Positions 19,663 through 31,000 of a stretch of 64,000 nucleotides of DNA are shown in pieces. Each line of letters begins with the position of its first letter. The stretch's first letter is position 1. The notes below the pieces were generated by a model. The model ran no database searches, was not told where the DNA came from, and saw nothing but the letters and a program-made list of their open reading frames with translations. Position numbers and translations under genes: made by a program. The DNA is taken from assembly GCA_963793425.1 (NCBI GenBank), contig CAWCAG010000007.1:1-64000 (forward strand), in the 5' to 3' direction. This DNA is from an uncultured cyanobacterium (GTDB lineage: Bacteria; Cyanobacteriota; Cyanobacteriia; Cyanobacteriales; CAWCAG01).

Positions 19663-21453
19663 TCAAGCAGGATAAATCCTCAACCTGCGATTGGGTTCAT
19701 CCCCAAAACTGTTAGACTTAAGGCGATAATGCTCTACCAATTCGTGTTGCATTTTGCGTACTTTACCAGAACGAGGTAGCAACTCCACAGGTTGCCCTTT
19801 AGGAATCACTATTTGCTCTACTGCTAATCTAGCTTCCTCTAAGGCCTCAATTTCGTCATCATTGCCACTTTGGGTAAACAAGCGCATATCTATCGCTTCG
19901 GGAACCTTGGGGTCATCCATATTCAAAAGACGACGTAGGACACGGCTAATTTGAGGTACGGTACTAGACTTAACTGCATGAATGGGTAATTGCCTTGCTT
20001 TAGCAATTTGTCGCAGCTTAGAATGATTTTTGATATGCGATCGCAGAGCCAAAACGGCATCTGCGCTATCCATATCTTTAGTTAAAACTATGGGAAGATT
20101 CATGATTTCAATTACTTGTTGTAATTGGTTGCGGCTGACTCCATAGGGATAAATATATAAAGGTAAATCTTCCCCATTGGGACCAGGCATTCTGAGCTGA
20201 TTTCCCCCCACATCCTGTTGCTGCCAAGATTGGTCAAGCATTTGGGCAAAATCATTTTGAGTGGCAGGGGTTGCCACCTGTTGTCTGGGCAGGGCCTTCA
20301 TTCGTCCAGAAGCACGCCATCCTCCAGGTTGCATGGTGGGTAAGGTAGGAGTATTTGGCCCCCAAGATGGTGTTTTCGCAGGTTGGGGGGCAATCTCTTC
20401 CACCAAAACCTGCCCTTCTTCATCAACGGTGCGAATCTGTACTTCTGGTTCTCTACCTCGCAACAGACTATCCACCGTCACCGAAACATCTTCCCAAACC
20501 ACCCAACGTTGCCTCTCAAGCATTTCTACAGCAATTTCAAAGGTGGGGGGAGCTTTACGCTCTAAAACGGTCTTCTGGGAGCCTCTACGCCTAGCTTCAT
20601 CATCTCCCAAGGTGACAGCTTGAATGCCCCCAACTAAATCTGAGAGGGTAGGATTTTTAATCAGGTTTTCCAGTTGATTACCATGGGCTGTCCCCACTAA
20701 CTGAACCCCCCTTTCAGCGATAGTCCGAGCCGCCATCGCCTCTAATTCTGTCCCAATTTCATCAATAATAATCACCTCTGGCATATGGTTTTCCACTGCC
20801 TCAATCATCACCTGATGCTGCAATTCCGGACGGGCAACTTGCATCCGCCGCGCCCTACCAATAGCTGGGTGGGGAACATCTCCATCTCCAGCAATTTCGT
20901 TGGAAGTATCAATAATAACAACACGCTTTTCTAGCTCGTCAGCTAAAACCCGCCCGATTTCCCGCAAAGCCGTAGTTTTGCCAACTCCAGGACGACCTAG
21001 CAAAAGGATAGAGCGACCAGTTTCTACTAAATCGCGAATCATGCCAATAGTACCAAAAACCGCCCTACCAATACGACAGGTTAAACCAACAATCTCTCCG
21101 GTACGGTTACGCATGGCACTAATGCGGTGGAGGGTTCGTTCAATTCCGGCCCGATTGTCCCCACTAAACATACCAACACGCTTAACGGAATAATCCAAAT
21201 CAGTCTTAGAGATGGGGGTTTCGCTGAGATATTCTGCACTACCAGGGAAGCGGGCTTCTGGTAATCGGCCCAAATCCATAACAACTTCGACTAACTGATC
21301 CTTATGGGGATGGGATTCTAGTTTACTCTGGATTTCAGCCGGTAAAATTTCTAATAATTTGTTGAGATTATCAGTAATCTGCATCCTTTGCACATTGGTG
21401 GTTGATTCTTGGGTCGATGAAGCTGGTTTTTCTAGAGAGTTATTAGAGTTCAC
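19663..21453 (-). CDS. Ycf45/SpoIIIAA-like AAA ATPase with R3H domain
   Basis: GRPGVGKT, DTSNEIAGDGD, DEIG, C-terminal RKMQH. Confidence 0.9.
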   Translation of the reverse strand: MNSNNSLEKPASSTQESTTNVQRMQITDNLNKLLEILPAEIQSKLESHPHKDQLVEVVMDLGRLPEARFPGSAEYLSETPISKTDLDYSVKRVGMFSGDNRAGIERTLHRISAMRNRTGEIVGLTCRIGRAVFGTIGMIRDLVETGRSILLLGRPGVGKTTALREIGRVLADELEKRVVIIDTSNEIAGDGDVPHPAIGRARRMQVARPELQHQVMIEAVENHMPEVIIIDEIGTELEAMAARTIAERGVQLVGTAHGNQLENLIKNPTLSDLVGGIQAVTLGDDEARRRGSQKTVLERKAPPTFEIAVEMLERQRWVVWEDVSVTVDSLLRGREPEVQIRTVDEEGQVLVEEIAPQPAKTPSWGPNTPTLPTMQPGGWRASGRMKALPRQQVATPATQNDFAQMLDQSWQQQDVGGNQLRMPGPNGEDLPLYIYPYGVSRNQLQQVIEIMNLPIVLTKDMDSADAVLALRSHIKNHSKLRQIAKARQLPIHAVKSSTVPQISRVLRRLLNMDDPKVPEAIDMRLFTQSGNDDEIEALEEARLAVEQIVIPKGQPVELLPRSGKVRKMQHELVEHYRLKSNSFGDEPNRRLRIYPA

Positions 21454-21535
21454 GGGTAAAAATAAGCTTTATCTAGGTTTTATGTGGCGCTATAGATAGG
21501 GTGGCAATGCCTAGCAATACCTACCTTAAACATAA

Positions 21536-22657
21536 CTAAGGAGCCATTTGTCGGGTTGCCAACTGCCCATGAGGAGATTTTAATTGTTCCACTAATTGGC
21601 GGGCTGTTGTGACTGCTGCGAAGAGCAAATCAGGATGATTTTCTAGATGGTTAGGAGCCGAGAGTGAGGACATAGGAGATGCAGTATTTTCCTTGATGGT
21701 TGAGTAATTAACTGTTTCTAACTGATTAAAAATGGGCAAAAGAAGAGAACGGGCGTAACTACCATAAGCAATACCAGCTACTTGATTTTTTTTCAGTAGC
21801 CCAAGGGCTTTTAGTTTCGTGACAGTATGCTGATTAGTACCGCCAGCTAACTGGATGTAACCCGGTAAACCAGCAGCCAAGACTTTCTGTGCCAGTCTAA
21901 CGGAGGCACTGGTTGTACCAATACCAATATCACCACTCATAGCCCGCCCATCGGTTTGCCAAATTAAGGTACAGGGCAAAGGACTGATTAGTTGGTAAAG
22001 AGATTTTAAATAAGGGATTAAATCAGAAGCATCTGGGCAACTAATGGCTACAAGTTTAAGTCGGTTGAGCCAAGGGGCAATGCCACTCCAAAGTCTTTGA
22101 AAATCTTGGAAGTGTCCCACTTGGGTATGAATTTCTACAGCATCAATACTATTGCTGGTGATTAAAGGGGTTATGGTTTCTGGGGTAGAAACATAGGAAC
22201 GAGTATAAATTAATTCACTAGGACAAATGGGCAAACACCGACCACAACCGTAACAACTTTGGTCATCGACCCCTGAAAATTTCCCTCCGGTATCTCTAAA
22301 TGCTATTGCCTGGGCTGGACAAATGCTTTCACAAGGGCGAGAACAGTTGGGGGGACATTCTGTGGGTAGAAATTCTGCTTTACGAAAATGGGGGTCTTCT
22401 CCATCATTGAGACTAACCATCAACCAAGGTTGACTTTTAGTTTTATGGGAAGCTAAGCCTTTAGCTGCCTCAACACCTTCTTGAGCCGCTGCTATCACAG
22501 CAGGATCTGCCGCAACATCAAGACAATCTGCACCCGCCAAAGTATATGCCAAGGCTAGATTGCGAATGGCAGGCAAATGTTGAAAACTGGCCCCGCAAAT
22601 TAGCTTGAACCAGCTACTTTCTCTTAGAGAGTTTAAGGGATAGTACAGTTGACTCAC
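21536..22657 (-). CDS. ldpA: Circadian-associated Fe-S protein LdpA
   Basis: WFKLICGASF, DGEDPHFRKA, two Fe-S Cys motifs, QLAGGTN. Confidence 0.93.
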   Translation of the reverse strand: MSQLYYPLNSLRESSWFKLICGASFQHLPAIRNLALAYTLAGADCLDVAADPAVIAAAQEGVEAAKGLASHKTKSQPWLMVSLNDGEDPHFRKAEFLPTECPPNCSRPCESICPAQAIAFRDTGGKFSGVDDQSCYGCGRCLPICPSELIYTRSYVSTPETITPLITSNSIDAVEIHTQVGHFQDFQRLWSGIAPWLNRLKLVAISCPDASDLIPYLKSLYQLISPLPCTLIWQTDGRAMSGDIGIGTTSASVRLAQKVLAAGLPGYIQLAGGTNQHTVTKLKALGLLKKNQVAGIAYGSYARSLLLPIFNQLETVNYSTIKENTASPMSSLSAPNHLENHPDLLFAAVTTARQLVEQLKSPHGQLATRQMAP

Positions 22658-22750
22658 CCTTATATCCTATCTTCCTTAGAGCAAAATGGGCCAAGGAAAT
22701 TATTTCAGTTCTGGTGATGGGGGTGATGGTTAAACTTTTTCTAAAAATAA

Positions 22751-22780
22751 TTGACAAACTTGTATTATTTTCGTTATGAT
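22751..22780 (+). promoter_or_regulatory. Sigma70-type promoter of tRNA-Asp
   Basis: TTGACA-N18-TATGAT. Confidence 0.6.
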
Positions 22781-22799
22781 GGAATCTGGCTCAAAAATT

Positions 22800-22873
22800 G
22801 GGATTGTAGTTCAACTGGTTAGAGCACCGCCCTGTCACGGCGGAAGTTGCGGGTTCGAATCCCGTCAGTCCCG
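22800..22873 (+). tRNA. trnD: tRNA-Asp(GTC)
   Basis: Acceptor GGGATTG/CAGTCCC, anticodon arm ccgcc-ctGTCac-ggcgg, GTTCGAATC. Confidence 0.97.
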
Positions 22874-22922
22874 TTCAAAATTAGTAATTCTCGATGCTTT
22901 CAAAGGTTTCTATTCTTTGATT

Positions 22923-23750
22923 TTAGGAACCTTCAAACCAACTTGAACGCCATGCCGACTCTGCTTCAGCGATCGCCTTTACTTGTTGTTTTTTCTTATA
23001 CTGCTTCCGCATCCTTTTGAGTTTCATATTTAAGCCACGAATTTGATTGCGTTCTGTATTAAGGGGCGGATGAGCAAATTCTATTTCTGGCAAGCGTAAA
23101 TTAACAGCAGTAATGGGGGTTGGTATTCCTTCTATTTCGTTTTCTTCTGTTTCTACTTCCACCAACAAATTAATAATATTTGGTGGCCCGCTTCCGGGGG
23201 AGTTTGCTTCTTCGGCTTCTACAGCCGCTTCTAAAACCTTATTTGGTATGTGTTTTTGTAAGATGTCTTTTTCTAGCAACAAACGATTGGTTTCTTGAGA
23301 AGCATTCTGTAGTAAATTCATAATCCCCTTTTCTACGTAAGCAGACCAAAGAAGTAACTTATCGGGAAGATTGTCTTGAAAGTTAATTTGTTCTACTTCA
23401 GGATCAAGATTATGATCATGCTCATTATTCTCTTCCTCTACCCCATCTTCAGAAGAGGAAGATTGAGAAGGAACTTCCAGTAAAGAAAGTAAATTAGTCT
23501 GGGTTTGTTTCGCTATTTGTTGAATACTTTGTTGCAGATGCTGTCGTTGATCCACTGATAAATGCAAAAAAGCTTCTGGATAAGCTTGAGTACAAACTTG
23601 ATAGCTAGCCAAAACCAACTGTTTTTGCAAAGACTCTCCTAACAGGGTCATATACTTACTATAAATATCTTGTAGTTCTTTTGCTAAATCAACTATCTTC
23701 TTTTCTAATGTGGCTATCTCTTGTTCAATTTGTTTAAGTTGTTTAACCAT
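22923..23750 (-). CDS. Cyanobacterial coiled-coil hypothetical protein
   Basis: 275 aa; [11 protein letters not shown]-terminal [11 protein letters not shown]. Confidence 0.8.
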   Translation of the reverse strand: MVKQLKQIEQEIATLEKKIVDLAKELQDIYSKYMTLLGESLQKQLVLASYQVCTQAYPEAFLHLSVDQRQHLQQSIQQIAKQTQTNLLSLLEVPSQSSSSEDGVEEENNEHDHNLDPEVEQINFQDNLPDKLLLWSAYVEKGIMNLLQNASQETNRLLLEKDILQKHIPNKVLEAAVEAEEANSPGSGPPNIINLLVEVETEENEIEGIPTPITAVNLRLPEIEFAHPPLNTERNQIRGLNMKLKRMRKQYKKKQQVKAIAEAESAWRSSWFEGS

Positions 23751-23905
23751 TAGTGGCGTGGGGAGTTATGGAGTTGGGGAGATGGGGAGTTGGGGAATTA
23801 GGGAATCAAGAAAAGTATTGATTTTAATCTTTCCTTTACACCCTTTGATATTTAGCCTTTCCCCTTATACTCTTTACCCTAACACCCCATCATTACCCTA
23901 TTAAT

Positions 23906-24565
23906 TTACTTGTTACCAGTTTGTTCGGCTACTTACTCAGCAACATTACTTTCTTCTTTTTCGATACCCTCACCCAAAACAAAACGAGTAAAGCGGCGTA
24001 TTTGAATATTTTCTCCTAGCAAAGCAATTCCTTGCTTAACTAGTTCTTCTACTGTGATACTTTGATCGCGGATATAGGGTTGATCCAACAAAGATATCTC
24101 TTTTAAGCGCTTACCAATTCTACCTTGGACAATTTTTTCTTTAAGTTCATCGGGTTTGCCTTTCATATCATCCCGACCTTTCTCAATGTCCTTTTCCCGA
24201 TTAACTATTTCTTCAGGAATATCATCTACTTTGACATATTCCACATTAGGACAAGCGGCAACTTGCATGGCAATATTGCGTACCAGGGTCTGAAATTCCT
24301 CTCTACGGGCAACGAAGTCTGTTTCACAGTTAACCTCGACTAATACCCCAATACGCCCTCCTGTATGGATATAGCTATCTACAAGCCCTTCTGCGGCAAC
24401 ACGGTCAGCTTTCTTTCCAGCAGAAGTAATACCTTTCTGCCGCAGCCAATTAGCCGCTTTCTCCATATCACCATCGTTTTCTTTCAGCGCTTTTTTGCAA
24501 TCCATCATGCCTGCGCTGGTTTTATCCCGTAGTTCTTTAACTTGTTTTGCCGATATTTGTGCCAT
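23906..24565 (-). CDS. tsf: Elongation factor Ts; apparent premature TAA nine codons before the expected stop
   Basis: [29 protein letters not shown]; reads [13 protein letters not shown]. Confidence 0.97.
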
Positions 24566-24628
24566 CTTACTTTTAATTCCTAACTTAAGTGGCCAAAACT
24601 TCTGAAGAGAAGTTTGACTTTTTCAAGG

Positions 24629-24662
24629 TGTTTACTTCCTTAATTAAACAAGGAAGTAAACA
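24629..24662 (-). terminator. Hairpin between rpsB and tsf
   Basis: Perfect 13-bp inverted repeat tgtttacttcctt / aaggaagtaaaca. Confidence 0.55.
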
Positions 24663-24749
24663 ATTTTTATCGCTACTTGCTCATTGCTAGTTGCTAATTG
24701 AGATGTTGCTTACGCTTATAGAGGAAAGGTCGTATTTTCAGATTGAAGT

Positions 24750-25607
24750 TTATTCTTCGCTATCGTTAGCAACCTCTTCGCTACTAGCTTCAGGAGTTTC
24801 AGTTTCTTCAACAGCTTCAGCTACTTCTTCAACAGCTTCAGGGGCTTCTTCAACCTCTTCCTCGTCATAATCAACAGCTTCTATTGCCTCTTCAAACTCT
24901 TCATACTGCTCATCACTATCAACTTTGCCGTGACGACCTTCATAGATGGCATCAGCTAGTTTACCAATAATTAGCTTAATAGAACGAATGGCATCATCGT
25001 TAGCGGGGATATGAACATCGGCTAGATCAGGATCACAGTTACTATCTAATAAAGAAACCAGGGGAATTCCTAACTTTTGGCATTCTAAGATGGCATTGTA
25101 TTCCCGGCGTTGATCCACAATGACGACAACATCAGGAATACCGCGCATGGTTTTAATACCACCCAGGTATTTTTCCAGCTTTCCCAATTCCCGACGTAAA
25201 ACAGACCCTTCTTTTTTTGGTCTTCTTTCTATGTTACCGCTCTCTTCTAAAGCCTCAAGTTCTTTTAAGCGCTCAACTCTGGTTTTAATTGTTTCCCAGT
25301 TAGTAAGCATTCCTCCTAGCCAACGCTGGTTAATATAGTAAGAACCACAACGTTTAGCTTCTTCTGCAATAATTCCCGCTGCTTGACGCTTAGTACCGAC
25401 AAACAAAATTTTCTTACCTTGGGCAGAAGCATTACGCATATAAACGTAAGCCTCTTCCATTAACACAGCAGTTTGTACTAAATCTATAATATGGACACCG
25501 TTACGGGAAGTATAAATGTAAGAGTCCATTTTGGGATTCCAGCGGCGAGTTTGATGGCCGAAGTGAACCCCTGACTGTAGCATATCTGCTAAAGAAACAA
25601 CTGGCAT
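24750..25607 (-). CDS. rpsB: 30S ribosomal protein S2
   Basis: [34 protein letters not shown]. Confidence 0.99.
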   Translation of the reverse strand: MPVVSLADMLQSGVHFGHQTRRWNPKMDSYIYTSRNGVHIIDLVQTAVLMEEAYVYMRNASAQGKKILFVGTKRQAAGIIAEEAKRCGSYYINQRWLGGMLTNWETIKTRVERLKELEALEESGNIERRPKKEGSVLRRELGKLEKYLGGIKTMRGIPDVVVIVDQRREYNAILECQKLGIPLVSLLDSNCDPDLADVHIPANDDAIRSIKLIIGKLADAIYEGRHGKVDSDEQYEEFEEAIEAVDYDEEEVEEAPEAVEEVAEAVEETETPEASSEEVANDSEE

Positions 25608-25614
25608 ATTTTTT

Positions 25615-25692
25615 TCTCCTATTCGGGTTTATCCTCGCATCCAGGTGCATTCCTTATAAGTTAAAGAACACCCGAATTCCTAGATGTGTGAG
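25615..25692 (-). ncRNA. rpsB 5' leader (t44 / S2 autoregulatory RNA)
   Basis: Minus strand CACACATCTAGG..CGGGTG..CACCTGGATGCGAGG..ACCCG directly before the rpsB RBS. Confidence 0.65.
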
Positions 25693-26196
25693 ATTTATTT
25701 AAACAATCTCTCTATATTAACACGGTCTGTAGGTCAGGGTTGAAGTAGTTGTTTAAAAACATCTAAGCCGATAAACTCTAAAATATAAGAGGGAAAAATA
25801 AATCTACAATAGAATAATCTCATTAAAGGCAAAAAAGCCTTTTTATACCTGAGACTATAAATCTGCCTAATCTCAATTTTGCTCTAGTTTTACCAGGTCT
25901 TGATTAATTCAATCAAACCAAGATCACTTAACTATTTACATATAAAGCTCAATCAATATAAGCCAAATTGAAATAAGCCGTTTATTTTAGTACATGGGGG
26001 AAATATTTGTCTTTCCATCTACATTTTTGTCTCTCCCTTAGACAATCCTGAAAGTACACTTAATATCTGAAGAGAGAAAATATATCTAGATTTAGTATCA
26101 CAGGTCGAATTTATTTCTAGTGCTTAAGATTTCTTTTCTCTCCTAATTAAGAGTTTGAGTATTTTCTGTCCTTATTCAGAATCGGACAATCTTTTT

Positions 26197-27258
26197 ATGA
26201 AAAGGTTAATTTATATTAGTAAATTTGCTACATCTCTTAGTGAAGAACAAATTCGAGAGATTGGTGAAACATCTCGTCGCAATAATTCTCGCTCTAATAT
26301 CACAGGAATTTTGATTTGTTCTAGGGGGATATTTTTCCAAATCATTGAAGGAGAAAACTATAGCATCGACAGGTTGTATGGCAAAATTCTGCAAGATAAA
26401 CGCCATATAGACATAGTTTGTTTAAAAACAGAGGAAAACGTCAATTTTAGGATGTTTCCAGATTGGGCAATGGAAACTATCGATTTAGAGAATAATGCAG
26501 ACGTTTTGCTTGTACCGATTAAAACCATGTTGAATACCATTACTGAGTCGCGAATCATTTTAGAGAAGTATACTCAACCTAGCTTACTGAAAATATTACA
26601 AAAGGGGATAAATCCTTTAGATGCAAAACCGCAAAAGGTGGAGAGAATTATTATGTTTTGCGACCTAATGTCTTTCTCTCATCTTACTGAAATAGTACCT
26701 GTTCAAGAAGTCGTAGAAATTCTCAACCAGTACTTTACTATTTGTAGTTCAATTATTAATCGTTGGGGAGGAGAAGTTAGCAAATTCATTGGTGATTGTG
26801 TCATGGCTTACTTCAATAGTGAACAAGGAGATGAAGCTCTTCAAGCTAGTTTAGAGATTATTAATGAATTGGCTAAAGTCAGAGATAATGCACCTGCTGG
26901 TAGTGCGGCAAAAGTTCTTTATAGCGGTATTGGTTTAGCAAAAGGAACTGTGATTCAAGGCAACATTGGTTCTTCTGTTAAACAAGATTATACAATCATT
27001 GGTGATGCTGTGAATACTGCTCAAAGATTGGAAGCTTTAACCAGAGAATTACCTTACTTTATCGCTTTTTCTGCTGACGTTAAAAAAAGCTGCCGCTTAT
27101 CTAGAGGGTTTGTGGAAGTAGGAAATTTTAAACCTAAAGGAAAAGAAGAAACTTTAACTATTTATTCTCTTGATCGCCCTTTGAACCGAAAAACTACCAA
27201 CCCTCATAAGTTATCAGTAAGAATTAATAAATCCTTAGATAAAATGACTCTTAACTAG
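26197..27258 (+). CDS. BLUF-domain photoactivated adenylyl cyclase (bPAC/OaPAC type)
   Basis: BLUF: MKRLIYIS, N..ITG.L, FFQIIEGE, DKRH, FPDWAM. Class III cyclase: FCDL, KFIGDCVMA, YTIIGDAVNTAQRLE, KGK. Confidence 0.95.
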   Translation: MKRLIYISKFATSLSEEQIREIGETSRRNNSRSNITGILICSRGIFFQIIEGENYSIDRLYGKILQDKRHIDIVCLKTEENVNFRMFPDWAMETIDLENNADVLLVPIKTMLNTITESRIILEKYTQPSLLKILQKGINPLDAKPQKVERIIMFCDLMSFSHLTEIVPVQEVVEILNQYFTICSSIINRWGGEVSKFIGDCVMAYFNSEQGDEALQASLEIINELAKVRDNAPAGSAAKVLYSGIGLAKGTVIQGNIGSSVKQDYTIIGDAVNTAQRLEALTRELPYFIAFSADVKKSCRLSRGFVEVGNFKPKGKEETLTIYSLDRPLNRKTTNPHKLSVRINKSLDKMTLN

Positions 27259-28057
27259 AAGGGAGTTTGGGAAAGATGCGATCACACCAAAAAAGTGTTC
27301 CTGATGCGACACAAAAAGGAATAGTAAAGAAATTAAGCAAAGGAATACTAATTAAACCCAAACAAACTAAACTAAAACTTGCGCTAGAAGGAAAATTTTT
27401 CCAAACTAAACCTAGTTTGCGACGAAAACTAAGACGACGGCGTTCTGCTGCAGCATCGGTAAAATCTAAGCAAGCAATTGTCGCCGCTAAGGTTGGATAG
27501 CCAATGGCAGAAATAACTGTCCCAGCCACAGGAATAAAGCCAATTAAGAATAGAGTTCCACCTATAGTTATTAATAGTAAAAGCTTTTTTAATTCAAACA
27601 TTAACGCTCGCCAAATATCTGTCCAAAGGCTAACTTCTATAGTATTAAGCTTACCAAGACGTATTTCTTCAAGCTGTTCTGAAAGTTTCCCATACCAAGG
27701 CGCACCTAAAATTGAACCAAGGGTTAAAGTCAAATAACCGACAATTAATAATAAGATAAAGACAAATAGAAAGCGTAGCAACCATCCTAAACCAATAATT
27801 AAAAAATCTAACCAACTCAACCATTGAGGTAGATTAACTATCCACTTATCTAACCGATTAGCAAGCAGAAGCATTAATTCATTGATACCTTGCCAACTTA
27901 CCAATAATAAACCTGCATAAAGAAAGATGCCAATTAGACAATTGACTAAAATAGGAGTTAGTATATAACCCCATAAACGGGGATGACGGCGAAAAATAGC
28001 TAAAGTTTGTAAAGGGTAGGTTGCACTCTTAAAAAATCCACTAAACTCTTGTAGCAT
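27251..28057 (-). CDS. EI24/CysZ-like membrane protein
   Basis: Multiple TM helices; GAPWYGKLSEQLE, ERRRLSFRRK, IPLLN. Confidence 0.85.
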   Translation of the reverse strand: MLQEFSGFFKSATYPLQTLAIFRRHPRLWGYILTPILVNCLIGIFLYAGLLLVSWQGINELMLLLANRLDKWIVNLPQWLSWLDFLIIGLGWLLRFLFVFILLLIVGYLTLTLGSILGAPWYGKLSEQLEEIRLGKLNTIEVSLWTDIWRALMFELKKLLLLITIGGTLFLIGFIPVAGTVISAIGYPTLAATIACLDFTDAAAERRRLSFRRKLGLVWKNFPSSASFSLVCLGLISIPLLNFFTIPFCVASGTLFWCDRIFPKLPSS

Positions 28058-28095
28058 AATTAGTTAGTAAGTTAACAATTAGCAATTAATCATTC

Positions 28096-31000
28096 TTAAA
28101 GCATAACAGTCGCACCATCATTATTATCATCCTCTTCTTCTTCAGAATCAATCGGCATCAATTCTTCTAACGCTTGAGTATTGTCTTCCCCTCCAGTAGC
28201 AGTGCCAAAGGAAGTATCATCCCAAGCACTTTTTGGTAAAAGCGGCTCTCCTTCCACACTTTCAATTGTCCAAGTAACGCCTTCTTTCACTTCAGGAAAA
28301 TCATTTTCCAAAGCTTCTTCAGTCTCTGCGCCAGAACCTAAAGAACTGAGATATTTTTCATACTCTTCAACAGAAAATAATGCTCCACTATCAGTCGCAA
28401 AAATTCGATTGGCATCATCTAACTTTGCAGCAAACAAACAGACATTTTTCAGCTTTGCACCCGCCAAATTTGCTCCTAAAAGATTAGCTCCAGATAAATC
28501 TGCTCCTTCTAAATTAGCATTGTTCAAATTAGCTTTAATCAGGTTAGCTCCAGTTAAATTAGTCCAGGTTAAATCAGCATCCTTAAAGTTAGCTTCAGAT
28601 AAGCTAGCATTCCTTAATTCTGCCAAAGAAAGGTTCGCTTTCTTGAAATTAGCTTGAGGTAAAACCAGGTTAGGTAAACTAGCACTTACTAGCTGTATTT
28701 TGGTTAAATTATCTCGGATTCTGTTCCCAAAACAAGAATGAGAAAGAACCATACTTTGCCCCATAAAAAGTAATAACCTTCGGGCATCAAAACATTCAGG
28801 CTGTTCAGGGTTGCCACAAGGAAAGAAAGGTATTGATGCTAAGCGAGAAGTTACACAGAGTAAAATAAAAATATTAAGTCCTACCGCTGCATTAAATTGT
28901 AAAAGATTCAAGGGATTGCCTAACTTCCTAAGTTGGCTATGGGCTTGGCTAACCAGCCTCTCATCTAGCCATCTACCATAACAATAACCTTGATAAAAAG
29001 AGTAAAGCTTCTCAAACAAGATAGCAAAAGAGAAATTAGCCTGATTTTTTTGCTCCTCTCGCCAAAGACGTTCAACTAACAAATTTTGCATTTCCACAGA
29101 TAAAATGCCATAGCCCAAATACTGATAAAGATACTGGGCAACTTCCCTAGCAGAATTGAGAACAAAACTTTTTTCTCCATAGCGATCGCGAACTTGACAA
29201 GTAATTCGCATCAATTTTTGAGCAATTTCTTCTGCACTAAGAAACTCCCCTAAACTAGGATGGGTAAAGGTAATAGGGAAGTTGGGATGAGGAATGGGCG
29301 GAATAGGGTTAGGAACAGGTAAAGTTGCTTCCGCTTGGGGGGAAGGCAAAGAATGAAAGAAAAATGCTGGCAGAGGATAAGAAATATCTTCTTTCTTCTC
29401 ACTAATTGTCCAACTCCAATCTCCAGTTTGCCAAATCTTAAAAGCCAACTGCTGTATATCAGCACGAATTTGCTCTGGATCTCGACCCCCTAATAAATGA
29501 GCAATAGCTTCTGGGGTGCGATAGGCATGGGCTAAGCCTTCCCTAACCAATTCTGGCATCTGATTACTGCCAGGATAAGGCTGACCGAGTAACCAACGAC
29601 AAGTCCGGTCATAAACCTCAAACTTCGCTTGAGGAAGTTTCATTTGTAACAAGTTCTCTTCTAATAAGCCGTCTCGATATAAAATTCCTAAAATATAAAG
29701 CATCCAAGGTTGTCTTACCAAAGCAGCCAAAGGTTTTTCTTGGGGGCCTTTAGTAAACAATCCCTCTTGCTTTAAAAAAGAAAAATAGGCTTGGGCAATA
29801 GCTGGAGATTGGACATTTTTCCAATGAACGAACCACTTACGCCATTCTTCTTGGGCCATAGGCTGAATTTGCACCCGCTGTATTTGATTGTGGGCGACAA
29901 AAACATTGTCTGCCTTATATTTGCGATTAAGAATTTCTGAGGTTAATTGCTTGGCTGTCAGCATGATTTTGTGTTTTCTCGGAGGCTGACTAGCAAGGCA
30001 TTGGCGGTGGAAATGGAAAATTTGTTCTAGTAATACTTCAGGAGTAGGACGAAACCTTTGGGGATGGGGAGGAAGTTCATCCAAACCATCGAGGATTAAA
30101 AGACAAGGAATAGCGCTATTTCCTAACCAGCCATCGGTATCCCTAAAGTTAGCTAGGGGGAAAGCTGAATCAAGGGTTTGTTCTAAATTTTCTCCTAACT
30201 TCACTTCCCGCAGGCGAATAATCACAGGCATCCATTCTGGATAAAGTTCTTGGGCAACCTGTGCCGCCCAAATCTGGCAAAAGCTGGTTTTACCAAATCC
30301 TGATTCTCCTTCTACGACAGCAATAGTTTGAGGATCTTCCAGTTGAGATTCAGCCCACTCCATCAAATCAACTTGCCGACGGGTTTCGGTGACCTCTATC
30401 TCATCCCCTCGTAGAGTTGTCGCTTTTAAGGGTACATAAATATCCTTTAAAGCAAAGGGATCAGCCATTAAAGGTTGGCTCAGATTTTTCAGCAGTTGAG
30501 CGCGATATTCTTCCCTGTTTTGATTAATTACAAACTCGTCGCTAACCAAGCGAGGATCAAAATCTTCGCTTTCTGCTTGTTGTCTGCGCCGTTCGCTAAA
30601 CTTGCCTAAACCAGCAAATTTTTGTAGTTGAGCGAGGGCTAGGGTATTTTCTGTGATAGTAGTTAGCAAATGTCCTGGCAAGCCATTAATCAAGCGTTGA
30701 GCAATTAGTTTAGCTTCAGTTTCTTCTGTACCATTAGCAATAAACCAAGCAATAGCCAGATTATTCATTTGCTTAACTAACAAAGAACTACCAATGGTAG
30801 AAAGGGCTTGTTCAGCTTGAGTGTCACTGAGTTTCCCTGGCCGTAAAGTTTTGAGGAAAGCTTGGAGTTGAATATCGATTAGGGGTTCATCAAAATCCTC
30901 TTCCCTCATTAAATGAGTACGATTAATCCAAGGTCTCCTAATCGCTGCTTCCTGTTCTAAAATCTGCTGTAAGGCATTGAGATAAGCTACCTGAAAGGCT

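Noticed and set aside
22800..22873. tRNA-Asp or tRNA-Gly as island integration sites
   Set aside because: No duplicated tRNA 3' end or integrase seen; flanking genes look like core genome.
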